Virus record (IMG/VR): IMGVR_UViG_3300005805_000317
Coordinates: 1-30,397 of that record
Strand: one strand, 5' to 3'
Length of the DNA stretch: 30,397 bases
From: a virus
Lineage: Duplodnaviria; Caudoviricetes
Position numbers and translations under genes: made by a program. Position 1 is the first letter of the stretch. Each line of letters begins with the position of its first letter. The notes under the pieces are model-generated. The model searched no databases and was not told the DNA's origin. It was given only the letters and a program-made list of their open reading frames with translations. Below, one piece after another: positions 19,141-26,865 of the stretch.

Positions 19141-19866
19141 TTATGCGTGAATTGTTGCGTACCGAGCTTCGTCATATGGGATTATGATCCTTGTTTCTTT
19201 TGATACATCACTCAGTAAATGACCGCCCTTAATCCTTTTGGTTGAGCATAGATATCCCTGCGGGGTCTCATCCAAGAAGTAGTATCTTTTCGTGTCATTG
19301 ACCCTTGTCATTACGGAACCAACTTTTAGGTTCATGATTTTTCCGGTCAGGACAGCATCACACCACTTACGGAAGTTCGTGTACCCGTACTCAGCTATTC
19401 GGTCAGCATAATACATGATGAGGTTTCGATACTCCTTATCGGTGAGCAAAAAGTCAATCACCTTCCTTATTGAATAGACGGCAGTCGCGTGGTCTTGACC
19501 ATAAAAACTGGACAAGTCATCGAGCGAAATGTTGCACTCCTTTCGTACCGAGGCGTAGACTATCTTGCGGGCCAAAACATTTTTCTTTCTTCGCGTGACC
19601 TTCATGTCATCGTCATGATTCAAATGAAGTGCTTCGCAAACCTTGGATCTTAGGAAGTCAAAAACTTGACGGGGGTTCCTGTCCATCATGGAGATTGATC
19701 CAGTTCGAACCCGTGAGTCTATGTGAGTGTCAAGAGCCAATAATTGATCGGGCGCAATAATACCTTTAACGGTGTCTCTGAACTTAAACAATGATGATGG
19801 GATCATTAGTTTTGCCGCAGTCACAATCTCGTACTGGTCTAATTCTTTTGTTAGCTTTGTTTCCAT
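19141..19866 (-). CDS. Protein containing a DnaA domain IV
   Basis: TRRKKNVLARKI...SLDDLSSFYGQDHATAVYSIRKV...D matches the DnaA C-terminal DHTTV signature. Confidence 0.75.
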   Translation of the reverse strand: METKLTKELDQYEIVTAAKLMIPSSLFKFRDTVKGIIAPDQLLALDTHIDSRVRTGSISMMDRNPRQVFDFLRSKVCEALHLNHDDDMKVTRRKKNVLARKIVYASVRKECNISLDDLSSFYGQDHATAVYSIRKVIDFLLTDKEYRNLIMYYADRIAEYGYTNFRKWCDAVLTGKIMNLKVGSVMTRVNDTKRYYFLDETPQGYLCSTKRIKGGHLLSDVSKETRIIIPYDEARYATIHA

Positions 19867-20564
19867 TTGTCTTTAAATATGTATTCACAATTTAGGTTAG
19901 TATTGGCGTTCTTCGGCCACTTAGTGTCTTTCCAATATAGGCGCATTGGCTTCTTTAGTGCGCCAGCAACGTGAGCAAATCCAGTGTCGTTGCCTATGAA
20001 CATTTCTGCCCCGTCTATACACGCTATGCACTCTTGTATGTTGCCTATGCATCTTACGGAGCAGGCATCTGCTACATCCTTCATTCTTGCGTAATCCTGA
20101 TCGCTTCCGATGAAGATGACGGGGATCTTTGACGATTCAATCTCCCTAAAAAAAAGCTCAACGTCGGGCGTCTTGCTGTTCACGTAATCCTCTCTGTCCG
20201 ATCCACTTCCACAGGCCAATACCGAGTAGCGATAGTTCTCAAAGCTTTTCCTATAATTCGCATTCACCGGAACAAAGGCATTGTTTGAGTACGGCTTTCC
20301 AATGGTTTTCATTTGGATGTACTCATAGTCAGGCATTATGTTCTCCCTGCATATTAGATCACTGCCAAACAATTTCCTCCCCTTTGGGCTACTTATGTGT
20401 GTTATGTATTCGGAACCCTCGTATGCCTCTGCAACATACCTCGTTCCAAACATAACGGGGATGGGTTTTTTATGCGTCTCGTATAGACGGAGTATTGTCG
20501 GGGTGCAGTTGACAAAGTTCCCCAACGCATAGTTTGGGTCTTGATAAACATAAAAGTCAATCAT
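19851..20564 (-). CDS. GT9 (heptosyltransferase-like, GT-B) glycosyltransferase
   Basis: ALGNFV..TP and FIGNDTGFAHVAGALKKP motifs. Confidence 0.85.
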   Translation of the reverse strand: MIDFYVYQDPNYALGNFVNCTPTILRLYETHKKPIPVMFGTRYVAEAYEGSEYITHISSPKGRKLFGSDLICRENIMPDYEYIQMKTIGKPYSNNAFVPVNANYRKSFENYRYSVLACGSGSDREDYVNSKTPDVELFFREIESSKIPVIFIGSDQDYARMKDVADACSVRCIGNIQECIACIDGAEMFIGNDTGFAHVAGALKKPMRLYWKDTKWPKNANTNLNCEYIFKDKWKQS

Positions 20565-21208
20565 TTGCTTATTATTGGTTCTGATTTTCTCAACTCAGGG
20601 TGCATGATGGATGGATGGTCTCCGTGATATGCAAAACTCTTTACAGGGCAATACATATTGACTCCCAACTTACGAAGCCTGTTAGTCAACTGCCTTCCAA
20701 CACCTGACGATTCATTATTTGTTTTTACTGGATTGATTCTCCATTTCAAAAACCTGAGAACCGCCTTGTTACAAATAAAGCCGCAGTCATTAAAGCCAAG
20801 GAGTATTAAATCTTCTGAAACCTGACGCGGGGAACAACCCCACTGAACACGGCCATCATTTATCAAGTTCAAGGTGGCTACCTCTTTTATTCCACTATAA
20901 ACGTGAACGGCCTTCAAAAGATCAAGGTTCTGAAAATCATCCGCCATAAATATGAATAGGCGTGGGTTTTTCTCCCTACAAACTCTAAGGGCATCGTTCC
21001 AGTTCATCCACCAACGCTCCTTGCCCCTGTGGGGAGTCCTTATGTACTCTATATTTTCATCTAAACCATTAAGAACCACAGACTTATCGTATGTACTTCC
21101 GTCGTCAATGACCAATATTTTGTGCCCGTATTTGGACAAGTGGATCAATGTATCACGAAGCATACTGGGCCGATTGTAAGTGAAGACTACTATCAGGACA
21201 CTATTCAT
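20561..21208 (-). CDS. GT2 glycosyltransferase
   Basis: VVFTYNR, VIDDGS and FMADD motifs. Confidence 0.85.
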   Translation of the reverse strand: MNSVLIVVFTYNRPSMLRDTLIHLSKYGHKILVIDDGSTYDKSVVLNGLDENIEYIRTPHRGKERWWMNWNDALRVCREKNPRLFIFMADDFQNLDLLKAVHVYSGIKEVATLNLINDGRVQWGCSPRQVSEDLILLGFNDCGFICNKAVLRFLKWRINPVKTNNESSGVGRQLTNRLRKLGVNMYCPVKSFAYHGDHPSIMHPELRKSEPIISK

Positions 21209-21522
21209 TCCCCTTTGTTTTTTACGGACTTAATTACGTCTGCCAAGCTTTCCCAACTTTCAATAGGGATTGACCTTAACTCATCAAAAACGGATTCGAC
21301 AGCAGACAGTGCGTCCTCATACGCCGCTGAAGCCTCTTCGTTTTTGTAGGTAGCCATGTACATAATCTTCATGTCCTTTTCGAGGGTAGACACAAGCGCC
21401 TTGCTCTGCATCTTGACCTTTTGCATTAGCCAACCCTTTGCCCCGGCGACATCAATCCTATCAGCCATTAGCTGTCCAAGTAACATCATCTCAATGATGT
21501 GCTTAGTCTTATCTTCATTCAT
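21205..21522 (-). CDS. Hypothetical helical protein, first gene of the GT operon
   Basis: 105 aa directly after a promoter; ATGA overlap with the GT2 gene. Confidence 0.65.
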   Translation of the reverse strand: MNEDKTKHIIEMMLLGQLMADRIDVAGAKGWLMQKVKMQSKALVSTLEKDMKIMYMATYKNEEASAAYEDALSAVESVFDELRSIPIESWESLADVIKSVKNKGE

Positions 21523-21526
21523 TGCA

Positions 21527-21558
21527 CAAATATATGGTAGAATGATTCACAAAAGCAA
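21527..21558 (-). promoter_or_regulatory. Promoter (leaderless spacing)
   Basis: TTG-N21-TATATTTG-TGCA-ATG. Confidence 0.75.
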
Positions 21559-21604
21559 GTAATAACTTTTTTTTGTTCTATTTATTTTTTTAAGTGTGTG
21601 GTTT

Positions 21605-21612
21605 TATGTTTG
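21605..21612 (+). promoter_or_regulatory. Divergent promoter -7 element (leaderless spacing)
   Basis: TATGTTTG-TTAT-ATG(21617). Confidence 0.65.
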
Positions 21613-21616
21613 TTAT

Positions 21617-22030
21617 ATGGAAACTTACACAGACATAATCTCACTTCTTGTTTGGTTGGCGTTTTGTTTTGCGTCTGGAATTATCGAGGCTTACTTCTTT
21701 CACGTGGCCGACTACTCCAAACTTAATCACGCCAATACAGTGTACGGGGACGTTCATGGATACCTCAACATATTGAGGATCATTGTCGCCGTAGGTGTAC
21801 TACCTGTATCAATGTACATCCCATCGGTTTGCGTTTTCCCATACATACACGATGGGGCATACTACTCGTTCAGGAACGTAATGGACAGGAACGTGTACCC
21901 CGAACGATGGAAGACCGAAAGGTCGATGGACACAACCGCCATGATTAGCCTCAAATTTAAGTCGAGGGTCACCCTTTTTGGGGCGGGTCTTGCGATTGCG
22001 CTAACCATATTCTTTTCAAGTAATTTTTAA
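21617..22030 (+). CDS. Membrane protein
   Basis: Start moved to 21617 (METYTD); about three hydrophobic segments and a HDGAYY motif. Confidence 0.7.
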   Translation: METYTDIISLLVWLAFCFASGIIEAYFFHVADYSKLNHANTVYGDVHGYLNILRIIVAVGVLPVSMYIPSVCVFPYIHDGAYYSFRNVMDRNVYPERWKTERSMDTTAMISLKFKSRVTLFGAGLAIALTIFFSSNF

Positions 22031-22043
22031 AAATCAATATACC

Positions 22044-22265
22044 ATGGAAGTTAAAAAAACAAAAAAGGAACGGTCTGCCTTTGGTCGCAACCTTCGCCTT
22101 CTTCGAGATGCAAAGAACCTTTCTCGCCGGGAGTTTGGTGAGAAGATTGGCGTATCTCAGTTCGTAATCACTGCTTGGGAGGAGTATCGAAGCGAGTGCA
22201 GCCTTGCTCAGGCAATTAAGATTTCGGAGTTCTTTGAAGTCAGCACAGACAACCTCTTGAAGTAA
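22044..22265 (+). CDS. XRE/Cro-C1 family HTH transcriptional regulator
   Basis: FGRNLRLLR...LSRREFGEKIGVS...I.AWE...KISEFFEVSTD.LL. Confidence 0.9.
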   Translation: MEVKKTKKERSAFGRNLRLLRDAKNLSRREFGEKIGVSQFVITAWEEYRSECSLAQAIKISEFFEVSTDNLLK

Positions 22266-22285
22266 AGGGATAGTCATATTCAAAA

Positions 22286-22323
22286 TTCGTGTAACATTTT
22301 TGAGTTTAGTAATGTTACACGAA
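22286..22323. repeat. Perfect 13-bp inverted repeat between convergent genes
   Basis: TTCGTGTAACATT-N12-AATGTTACACGAA. Confidence 0.85.
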
Positions 22324-22345
22324 ACCAAACAAAAACAAAAGGCTC

Positions 22346-22558
22346 CTACTTTTTAGGGGTCTTTTTTTTATCCTTCTTCTGCTGCCTCCTCTGCTTCCTA
22401 TTTGGTTGAACGATGGCGCTTCCGTCCTCAAGTGGGATGGCTGCACGTGCAACAAAGAAGCCCGGGGGTATCTCGTCCATCTCCTCCTTCGTTAGCGGCA
22501 TATTCTTACCAGAGTCCTGCATGGACTTCATCTTTGCGATAATCCTTTCGTAGTTCAT
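22346..22558 (-). CDS. Small hypothetical protein with a PNRKQRR basic tail
   Basis: 70 aa behind an A-rich TIR after the helicase. Confidence 0.6.
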   Translation of the reverse strand: MNYERIIAKMKSMQDSGKNMPLTKEEMDEIPPGFFVARAAIPLEDGSAIVQPNRKQRRQQKKDKKKTPKK

Positions 22559-22575
22559 TTTTTTTTACTTTTATT

Positions 22576-24375
22576 TTAAATCTCGTTTTGTTCTATGTCA
22601 TCGAATGCCTTCGGCTCGTATCTTGTGAGGAACTGAGTATTTGGTTTTACCTCTGCCTGAGTCAATGGCATTTCTTGCTGCTTGATCTTTAGATAGCTTT
22701 TATTGTTCTTGAACGGGGGATTGTAGTACCTTCCTGATACGGGGTCATACGCCAATCGGACGATTCCTTGCTTTCCCCAGTGCTTAAACTTTACCTTCTG
22801 AATGTGGACGTCTGTATCGCTCATCCCGTCTTCGTACCAATTTCTGTAGACAACTATACCATTGGCACACTTGTTAAACCAATCGGCAGTCCCCGATATG
22901 CTGTAGAGCGTCGGAACCTCAACCTTCTTGGTCTCCTTATCCTTCTGAAGCTTTGTCGGGTGGGCCACAACGAATATGTGAATGTTGTACTTCCTTGCAA
23001 AGTTGTCAAGCATATCCAAGCACCTGCTAATGTGCGCCCTTTCACTGTCCTTCCACTGATGGTCTAACTTGTTCCAAGGGTCGATGATAAGTCCGTTGAT
23101 GCCGTACCTCTTGACCAAAAGCTTGGCGTAACTTAAAATGCTATCCAAGGTCAGGTCTTCGGGCGGATCAATCATGTAGAACCTGTCCCCATATTCTCCA
23201 ATAAACTCGGATATGGTATTAACACTTGTCTCGTTAAAGCCCTCCCCACTAACTTTAGAGAAAAGCTTTTGAGCGTGTAGTGCGTGTGTTCCATTCTCGG
23301 GGCTATAGATACCGAATCTCCAGTTGTGGAGGAAGGCAAGATCAACAAGAATTTGGTCAAGGAACTCGCCCTTCCCGTGGTTCGGAACGCCTGTTATGAC
23401 GGTGACAAAACCCGGGACATATGTAATGTATTCATTTACAGTAGGTATGCTAATTCCATCACCCGCCTTCAAACCATTTTTTTTCAGGTCATACAAACTC
23501 TCGGCTATGTCATCGAGTGTACGTATGCCCTCCAATGGGTATTCCTTTGATTTTAAGACCATATCTCTCAAGGCGAGTCTATCAGACTGCAAAACCTCAT
23601 TGGCGTCTTTAAACGGCCCGTAATCAATTATGAAGCACCTCTCCTTTCCGAGTCGTCGGGCGAGTTCTTCTCGAAGTGCCCTACCCGGCTCATCATTGTC
23701 CGTGGCAATGTACACATCTTTTATGTGTTCGAGTTGTTGCCAGCAGTTGTCGAGGTACTCGAGTCTTCCATTCTTGCTTGCCCCGTTTGGAACGCTGATA
23801 ACCTGAGGGAAGCCTGCCTCGTGGAAGCTCATGCAGTCAATCTCACCCTCGACAATAATAACGTCATCTGTTTTTTTGATTGCGTCAAGGTTGTAGAATA
23901 TAAGCTCCGCGCCCGAAACGAGCTTGAAGTTCTTCATGGCGTCACGGTACTTGATGTTAATCAGTTCCCCGTCACGAAAGTAGTTGAAGTGTATGGTATT
24001 CCTCTTCTCTCCAACCTGTGGCATGAACTCCTCTCCATCGCTAATCTTGAAGTCCATCAGTGTGCTTTGGCTTATCCCGCGTAAACGGAACCATTCCACA
24101 ACCTTATCGGATAGCTGTGTCACGTTCCTGTGCTGTGGCCTTACGTATTCCTTTTTCTCCATTTCTACTTTCTGAGTTTTTTCCTTGCTGTAGAAGCTTG
24201 AGTCGCAGTGATGGCAGTTGCCAACCCCCTTGCTGTAATTGTAGCTTAGGCTCTTTGCGTTGTGCTTCTTTCTGTCGGGGCCACACTTAGGGCAGGCAAG
24301 TGCGTTCTCCCCGTTTGACCTGCAAGATACAACATACTCCCGCTTGGTCTCTTTGTCTATGATTTTTACGTCCAT
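22576..24375 (-). CDS. Primase-helicase (T7 gp4/Twinkle-like)
   Basis: Zn finger CPKC...CHHC; TOPRIM VEGEID and DND; SF4 helicase GVPNHGKG, IIDPWN and VAHPTK. Confidence 0.92.
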   Translation of the reverse strand: MDVKIIDKETKREYVVSCRSNGENALACPKCGPDRKKHNAKSLSYNYSKGVGNCHHCDSSFYSKEKTQKVEMEKKEYVRPQHRNVTQLSDKVVEWFRLRGISQSTLMDFKISDGEEFMPQVGEKRNTIHFNYFRDGELINIKYRDAMKNFKLVSGAELIFYNLDAIKKTDDVIIVEGEIDCMSFHEAGFPQVISVPNGASKNGRLEYLDNCWQQLEHIKDVYIATDNDEPGRALREELARRLGKERCFIIDYGPFKDANEVLQSDRLALRDMVLKSKEYPLEGIRTLDDIAESLYDLKKNGLKAGDGISIPTVNEYITYVPGFVTVITGVPNHGKGEFLDQILVDLAFLHNWRFGIYSPENGTHALHAQKLFSKVSGEGFNETSVNTISEFIGEYGDRFYMIDPPEDLTLDSILSYAKLLVKRYGINGLIIDPWNKLDHQWKDSERAHISRCLDMLDNFARKYNIHIFVVAHPTKLQKDKETKKVEVPTLYSISGTADWFNKCANGIVVYRNWYEDGMSDTDVHIQKVKFKHWGKQGIVRLAYDPVSGRYYNPPFKNNKSYLKIKQQEMPLTQAEVKPNTQFLTRYEPKAFDDIEQNEI

Positions 24376-24380
24376 CTCTT

Positions 24381-25163
24381 TTATACTCTTTCGTAATTGA
24401 TTGCAGTTCCCGTCGGGCTGAGCCTGAATCGGAATGATGGGTTGTTGTGAAGTCTTGCATCATACCCAAGGAGATTCTCATATCCGTTTGACTTTGGCTT
24501 TTCATTTTCCGGCTTAAACCAAACAATACCTACCTTCTGCTTCCAGTTCTTAACCTTGTTCCCTCGGCTATCAGTCCAATCAGCATCGGCATAGTAGTGG
24601 TATGCCTTCTCACCGGACTCTTTGGTATATCCCTTTTGTTCAAAGTATGCAACGAACTCCTCTTTACTTGGATACTTGTTTGTTTTTCTCGCCGGAATGT
24701 CTGCACCCTCTTTCTTTGTACTTTCTTTTTTTGTTTCTTCTTTATTTGTACTCTCTTTATTTGTAGTTGGCGTTATTCCGACGTTGGATTCTCCGATATT
24801 GGTTTTACCGATTTCGGGTTTTCCGAATTCGGGTTTTCCGATTTCGGGTTTTAACAATTGCCTTTCGTAATAGACAATGTGATTCCACCCCAAAAACTTA
24901 CCATCAGGGCCAATACTTCTTAAGGAAACTATAAAACCAGAATCAACCAATTCATCCCAAGCTCCTGATATTGACGTGTAACCGTCTGAAAAATAGTCCG
25001 GTAATGTCTTCTTGTAAAGAACCCAATCGTTAGGAAGTGATAACAAAAATGCAAGAAGACCTTTTGCTTTTGAGCTTAATGTATTGTCTCTCAACACATC
25101 GTTCGGAATTTGGGTGTACGGAAGTTCCATCCGACACTTTACTATTTGACCTGAATTACTCAT
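24381..25163 (-). CDS. Phage replication initiator (N-terminal wHTH, iteron-encoded linker)
   Basis: YTQIPN.VLRD..LSSKAKGLL..LLSLP.DW N-terminus; KPEIG repeats; C-terminal PS.EE...YY...W...G..VKNWK; upstream of the helicase. Confidence 0.8.
   Translation of the reverse strand: MSNSGQIVKCRMELPYTQIPNDVLRDNTLSSKAKGLLAFLLSLPNDWVLYKKTLPDYFSDGYTSISGAWDELVDSGFIVSLRSIGPDGKFLGWNHIVYYERQLLKPEIGKPEFGKPEIGKTNIGESNVGITPTTNKESTNKEETKKESTKKEGADIPARKTNKYPSKEEFVAYFEQKGYTKESGEKAYHYYADADWTDSRGNKVKNWKQKVGIVWFKPENEKPKSNGYENLLGYDARLHNNPSFRFRLSPTGTAINYERV
24778..24852. repeat. Five 15-bp tandem repeats (putative iterons/origin)
   Basis: CCGACGTTGGATTCT, CCGATATTGGTTTTA, CCGATTTCGGGTTTT, CCGAATTCGGGTTTT, CCGATTTCGGGTTTT; next to an AT-rich tract at 24709-24765. 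Confidence 0.8.
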
Positions 25164-25180
25164 GGCTATTAAAGATTAAA

Positions 25181-25275
25181 CCCCCACCACGAACTGCGAG
25201 CAAGTGCAACCAAGCCGCCTTTAGGGCGTATGCAGAACGGGTAGGGGTGTAAATATCGTTTTCATACTTGGTTGC
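25181..25275 (-). promoter_or_regulatory. Structured 5' leader of the initiator gene
   Basis: Two interlocking helices plus an inner hairpin; see finding. Confidence 0.6.
25221..25265 (-). CDS. Putative 14-aa leader peptide MKTIFTPLPVLHTP
   Basis: ATG about 10 nt after the predicted TSS; stop codon lies in a hairpin loop of the leader. Confidence 0.35.
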   Translation of the reverse strand: MKTIFTPLPVLHTP

Positions 25276-25279
25276 GCCA

Positions 25280-25310
25280 CAAATGTAGCACAACTCAGCA
25301 CAAAAACAAA
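25280..25310 (-). promoter_or_regulatory. Promoter for the replication operon
   Basis: TTTG-N19-TACATTTG. Confidence 0.75.
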
Positions 25311-25336
25311 ATTATTCTTACGACTTTATGAACAAA

Positions 25337-25774
25337 TCAATCTTCGTAGTTCCAGTTGTCGGTGACATCCTTGTAGAACTCGTATGCCTTCATGCAGGCT
25401 TCTGTCATAGACCTTGCGTTTACAAGTGTCTCTGACTCAGTGAGATTGCCCCCGTGGGCTGAGATCCAATAGGTGTCCTTGAACTCTCGTTTGACGTATA
25501 TGTATCCGGCCTCTGAAAATTGCAGGATGGCAACCTTGTTTGTGGCCTTCCATCCAAATCGAACCCCGATGTAGGTGTGTCTCCAAGCGGGGTTAAGACG
25601 GGAACACCATGCCGCCCACGACATAAACCAAATTGCCGTAAATATCCACATCACCCAATGTTCAGTAGTTGATATCCCAAAGCAAATTAGAATAGCCAAG
25701 GCCAAGGACATCCTGATCGTATTGGATTTGCTGTGATGAAAGGCCCAGTGGTGGAGAAGCTTGTGGTATTTCAT
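25337..25774 (-). CDS. Hypothetical membrane protein
   Basis: 145 aa; two N-terminal hydrophobic, Trp-rich segments. Confidence 0.6.
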   Translation of the reverse strand: MKYHKLLHHWAFHHSKSNTIRMSLALAILICFGISTTEHWVMWIFTAIWFMSWAAWCSRLNPAWRHTYIGVRFGWKATNKVAILQFSEAGYIYVKREFKDTYWISAHGGNLTESETLVNARSMTEACMKAYEFYKDVTDNWNYED

Positions 25775-25782
25775 GGCTGTAT

Positions 25783-25980
25783 TTAGTTGTGAAAGAAGTA
25801 GTGTTGTCGGGTCAAGATGTTCATTTCGTCAGCAAACAAAAAGATGTACCGGGTGCATGAGAATGTCGATTCTTTTTCGATGTTCAAGAACTGAATGTCT
25901 TGAGAAAGAAGGACATATCCTAAAGCATCCGGCCTATTTTTCTTTTTGTCCGCGCTCATAGCACGAATATCTATCACCAT
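25783..25980 (-). CDS. Possible small hypothetical protein
   Basis: 65 aa ORF filling the gap; no recognisable motif. Confidence 0.35.
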   Translation of the reverse strand: MVIDIRAMSADKKKNRPDALGYVLLSQDIQFLNIEKESTFSCTRYIFLFADEMNILTRQHYFFHN

Positions 25981-26036
25981 TCGTGCAAATAGAAAACATT
26001 AGCCAAGATAGTGTTGTGTATCTTTTGAAGTCCCCG

Positions 26037-26252
26037 TCACCAAGAGTCTTCATTCATATTAGCCTCTTGGCAGATCATTGAGTATATCTCGTCAATAACC
26101 TTCCATTGTTCATCCGAGTATTGTCCATGCTTCCACATAGAACGCACATTGCATCTAATGTTTTCTACCATAACCCTATAACGAAGCGCATTCACTGCCA
26201 TCTGGAAGTTTTCGTCATCATCTGGTAATTCGAATTCTAAAATTGCTTTCAT
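26037..26252 (-). CDS. Conserved small phage protein (MKAILEF.LP.D motif)
   Basis: 71 aa; N-terminus I recall from many phage hypothetical proteins. Confidence 0.7.
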   Translation of the reverse strand: MKAILEFELPDDDENFQMAVNALRYRVMVENIRCNVRSMWKHGQYSDEQWKVIDEIYSMICQEANMNEDSW

Positions 26253-26473
26253 TGCTCACCTCCGTATGTTTCGTTGTAGTATTGTTCTGAATCTTCCCGG
26301 TCTTCAGAATAAAAGTTATGTCTATATAAAGATTCTGCCCCGTCCTCAAAAGAATCCATTATCTGCTCCTTCTCCATTTCTTTAGCTTTTTTTCGCAAAG
26401 CATACCATGTGAACTTATCTTTTGGCTCGTCCCATAACCGTTCAAATAACCACTCTATTGCAGTTTGTTTCAT
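26249..26473 (-). CDS. Small phage protein, KQTAxEWL...AKEMEKEQ family, copy 2
   Basis: Paralogous to the upstream ORF; ATGA overlaps. Confidence 0.75.
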   Translation of the reverse strand: MKQTAIEWLFERLWDEPKDKFTWYALRKKAKEMEKEQIMDSFEDGAESLYRHNFYSEDREDSEQYYNETYGGEQ

Positions 26474-26685
26474 TGTTCGTCTCCGTATATTTTGTTAAAA
26501 TAATCTTCAAAATGACCAGTTTCTAAAAAGGCTAATGTGGCATGGTCATAACACTTTTTCATCTGTTCACGCTCCATTTCTTTGGCTTGGTTTACTAAAT
26601 CTATTAAATCTACAAAGTGTATTGCTGGGATTTTTAACGAATACATATTGTCCTCCAACCACTCTACTGCCGTTTGTTTTTTCAT
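26470..26685 (-). CDS. Small phage protein, KQTAxEWL...AKEMEREQ family, copy 1
   Basis: Shares motifs with the downstream ORF. Confidence 0.75.
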   Translation of the reverse strand: MKKQTAVEWLEDNMYSLKIPAIHFVDLIDLVNQAKEMEREQMKKCYDHATLAFLETGHFEDYFNKIYGDEQ

Positions 26686-26858
26686 TCGTCTTCCTCCATA
26701 TCTATGTACCTACAATAAAAGTGTTTTCCGAGTTTGTCTATCAAATACTGTGGATAGCCTTCTTCTACTAACCACACAAGGACATCATCTCTACGTTCTT
26801 CGGGGATGGGTTTTGGAAACCCGTACATCCATCCAGATGGGGGATCAATCAATAGCAT
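26682..26858 (-). CDS. 58-aa conserved phage protein (IDPPSGW.YGFPK...WL...GYP)
   Basis: Below the ORF-track cutoff; translated by hand as MLLIDPPSGWMYGFPKPIPEERRDDVLVWLVEEGYPQYLIDKLGKHFYCRYIDMEEDE; ATGA overlap downstream. Confidence 0.75.
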   Translation of the reverse strand: MLLIDPPSGWMYGFPKPIPEERRDDVLVWLVEEGYPQYLIDKLGKHFYCRYIDMEEDE

Positions 26859-26865
26859 AGTATTT

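Noticed and set aside
221-21562. Numerous short plus-strand ORFs in the track
   Set aside because: Antisense shadows of well-supported minus-strand genes, with no motifs.
24778-24852. CRISPR array
   Set aside because: Contiguous 15-bp units without spacers, in frame within a CDS.
25181-25277. HDV-like/theta ribozyme
   Set aside because: The nested topology is superficially similar, but the L3/P1.1 consensus, P4 and the catalytic J4/2 C motif are not evident, and there is no adjacent tRNA.
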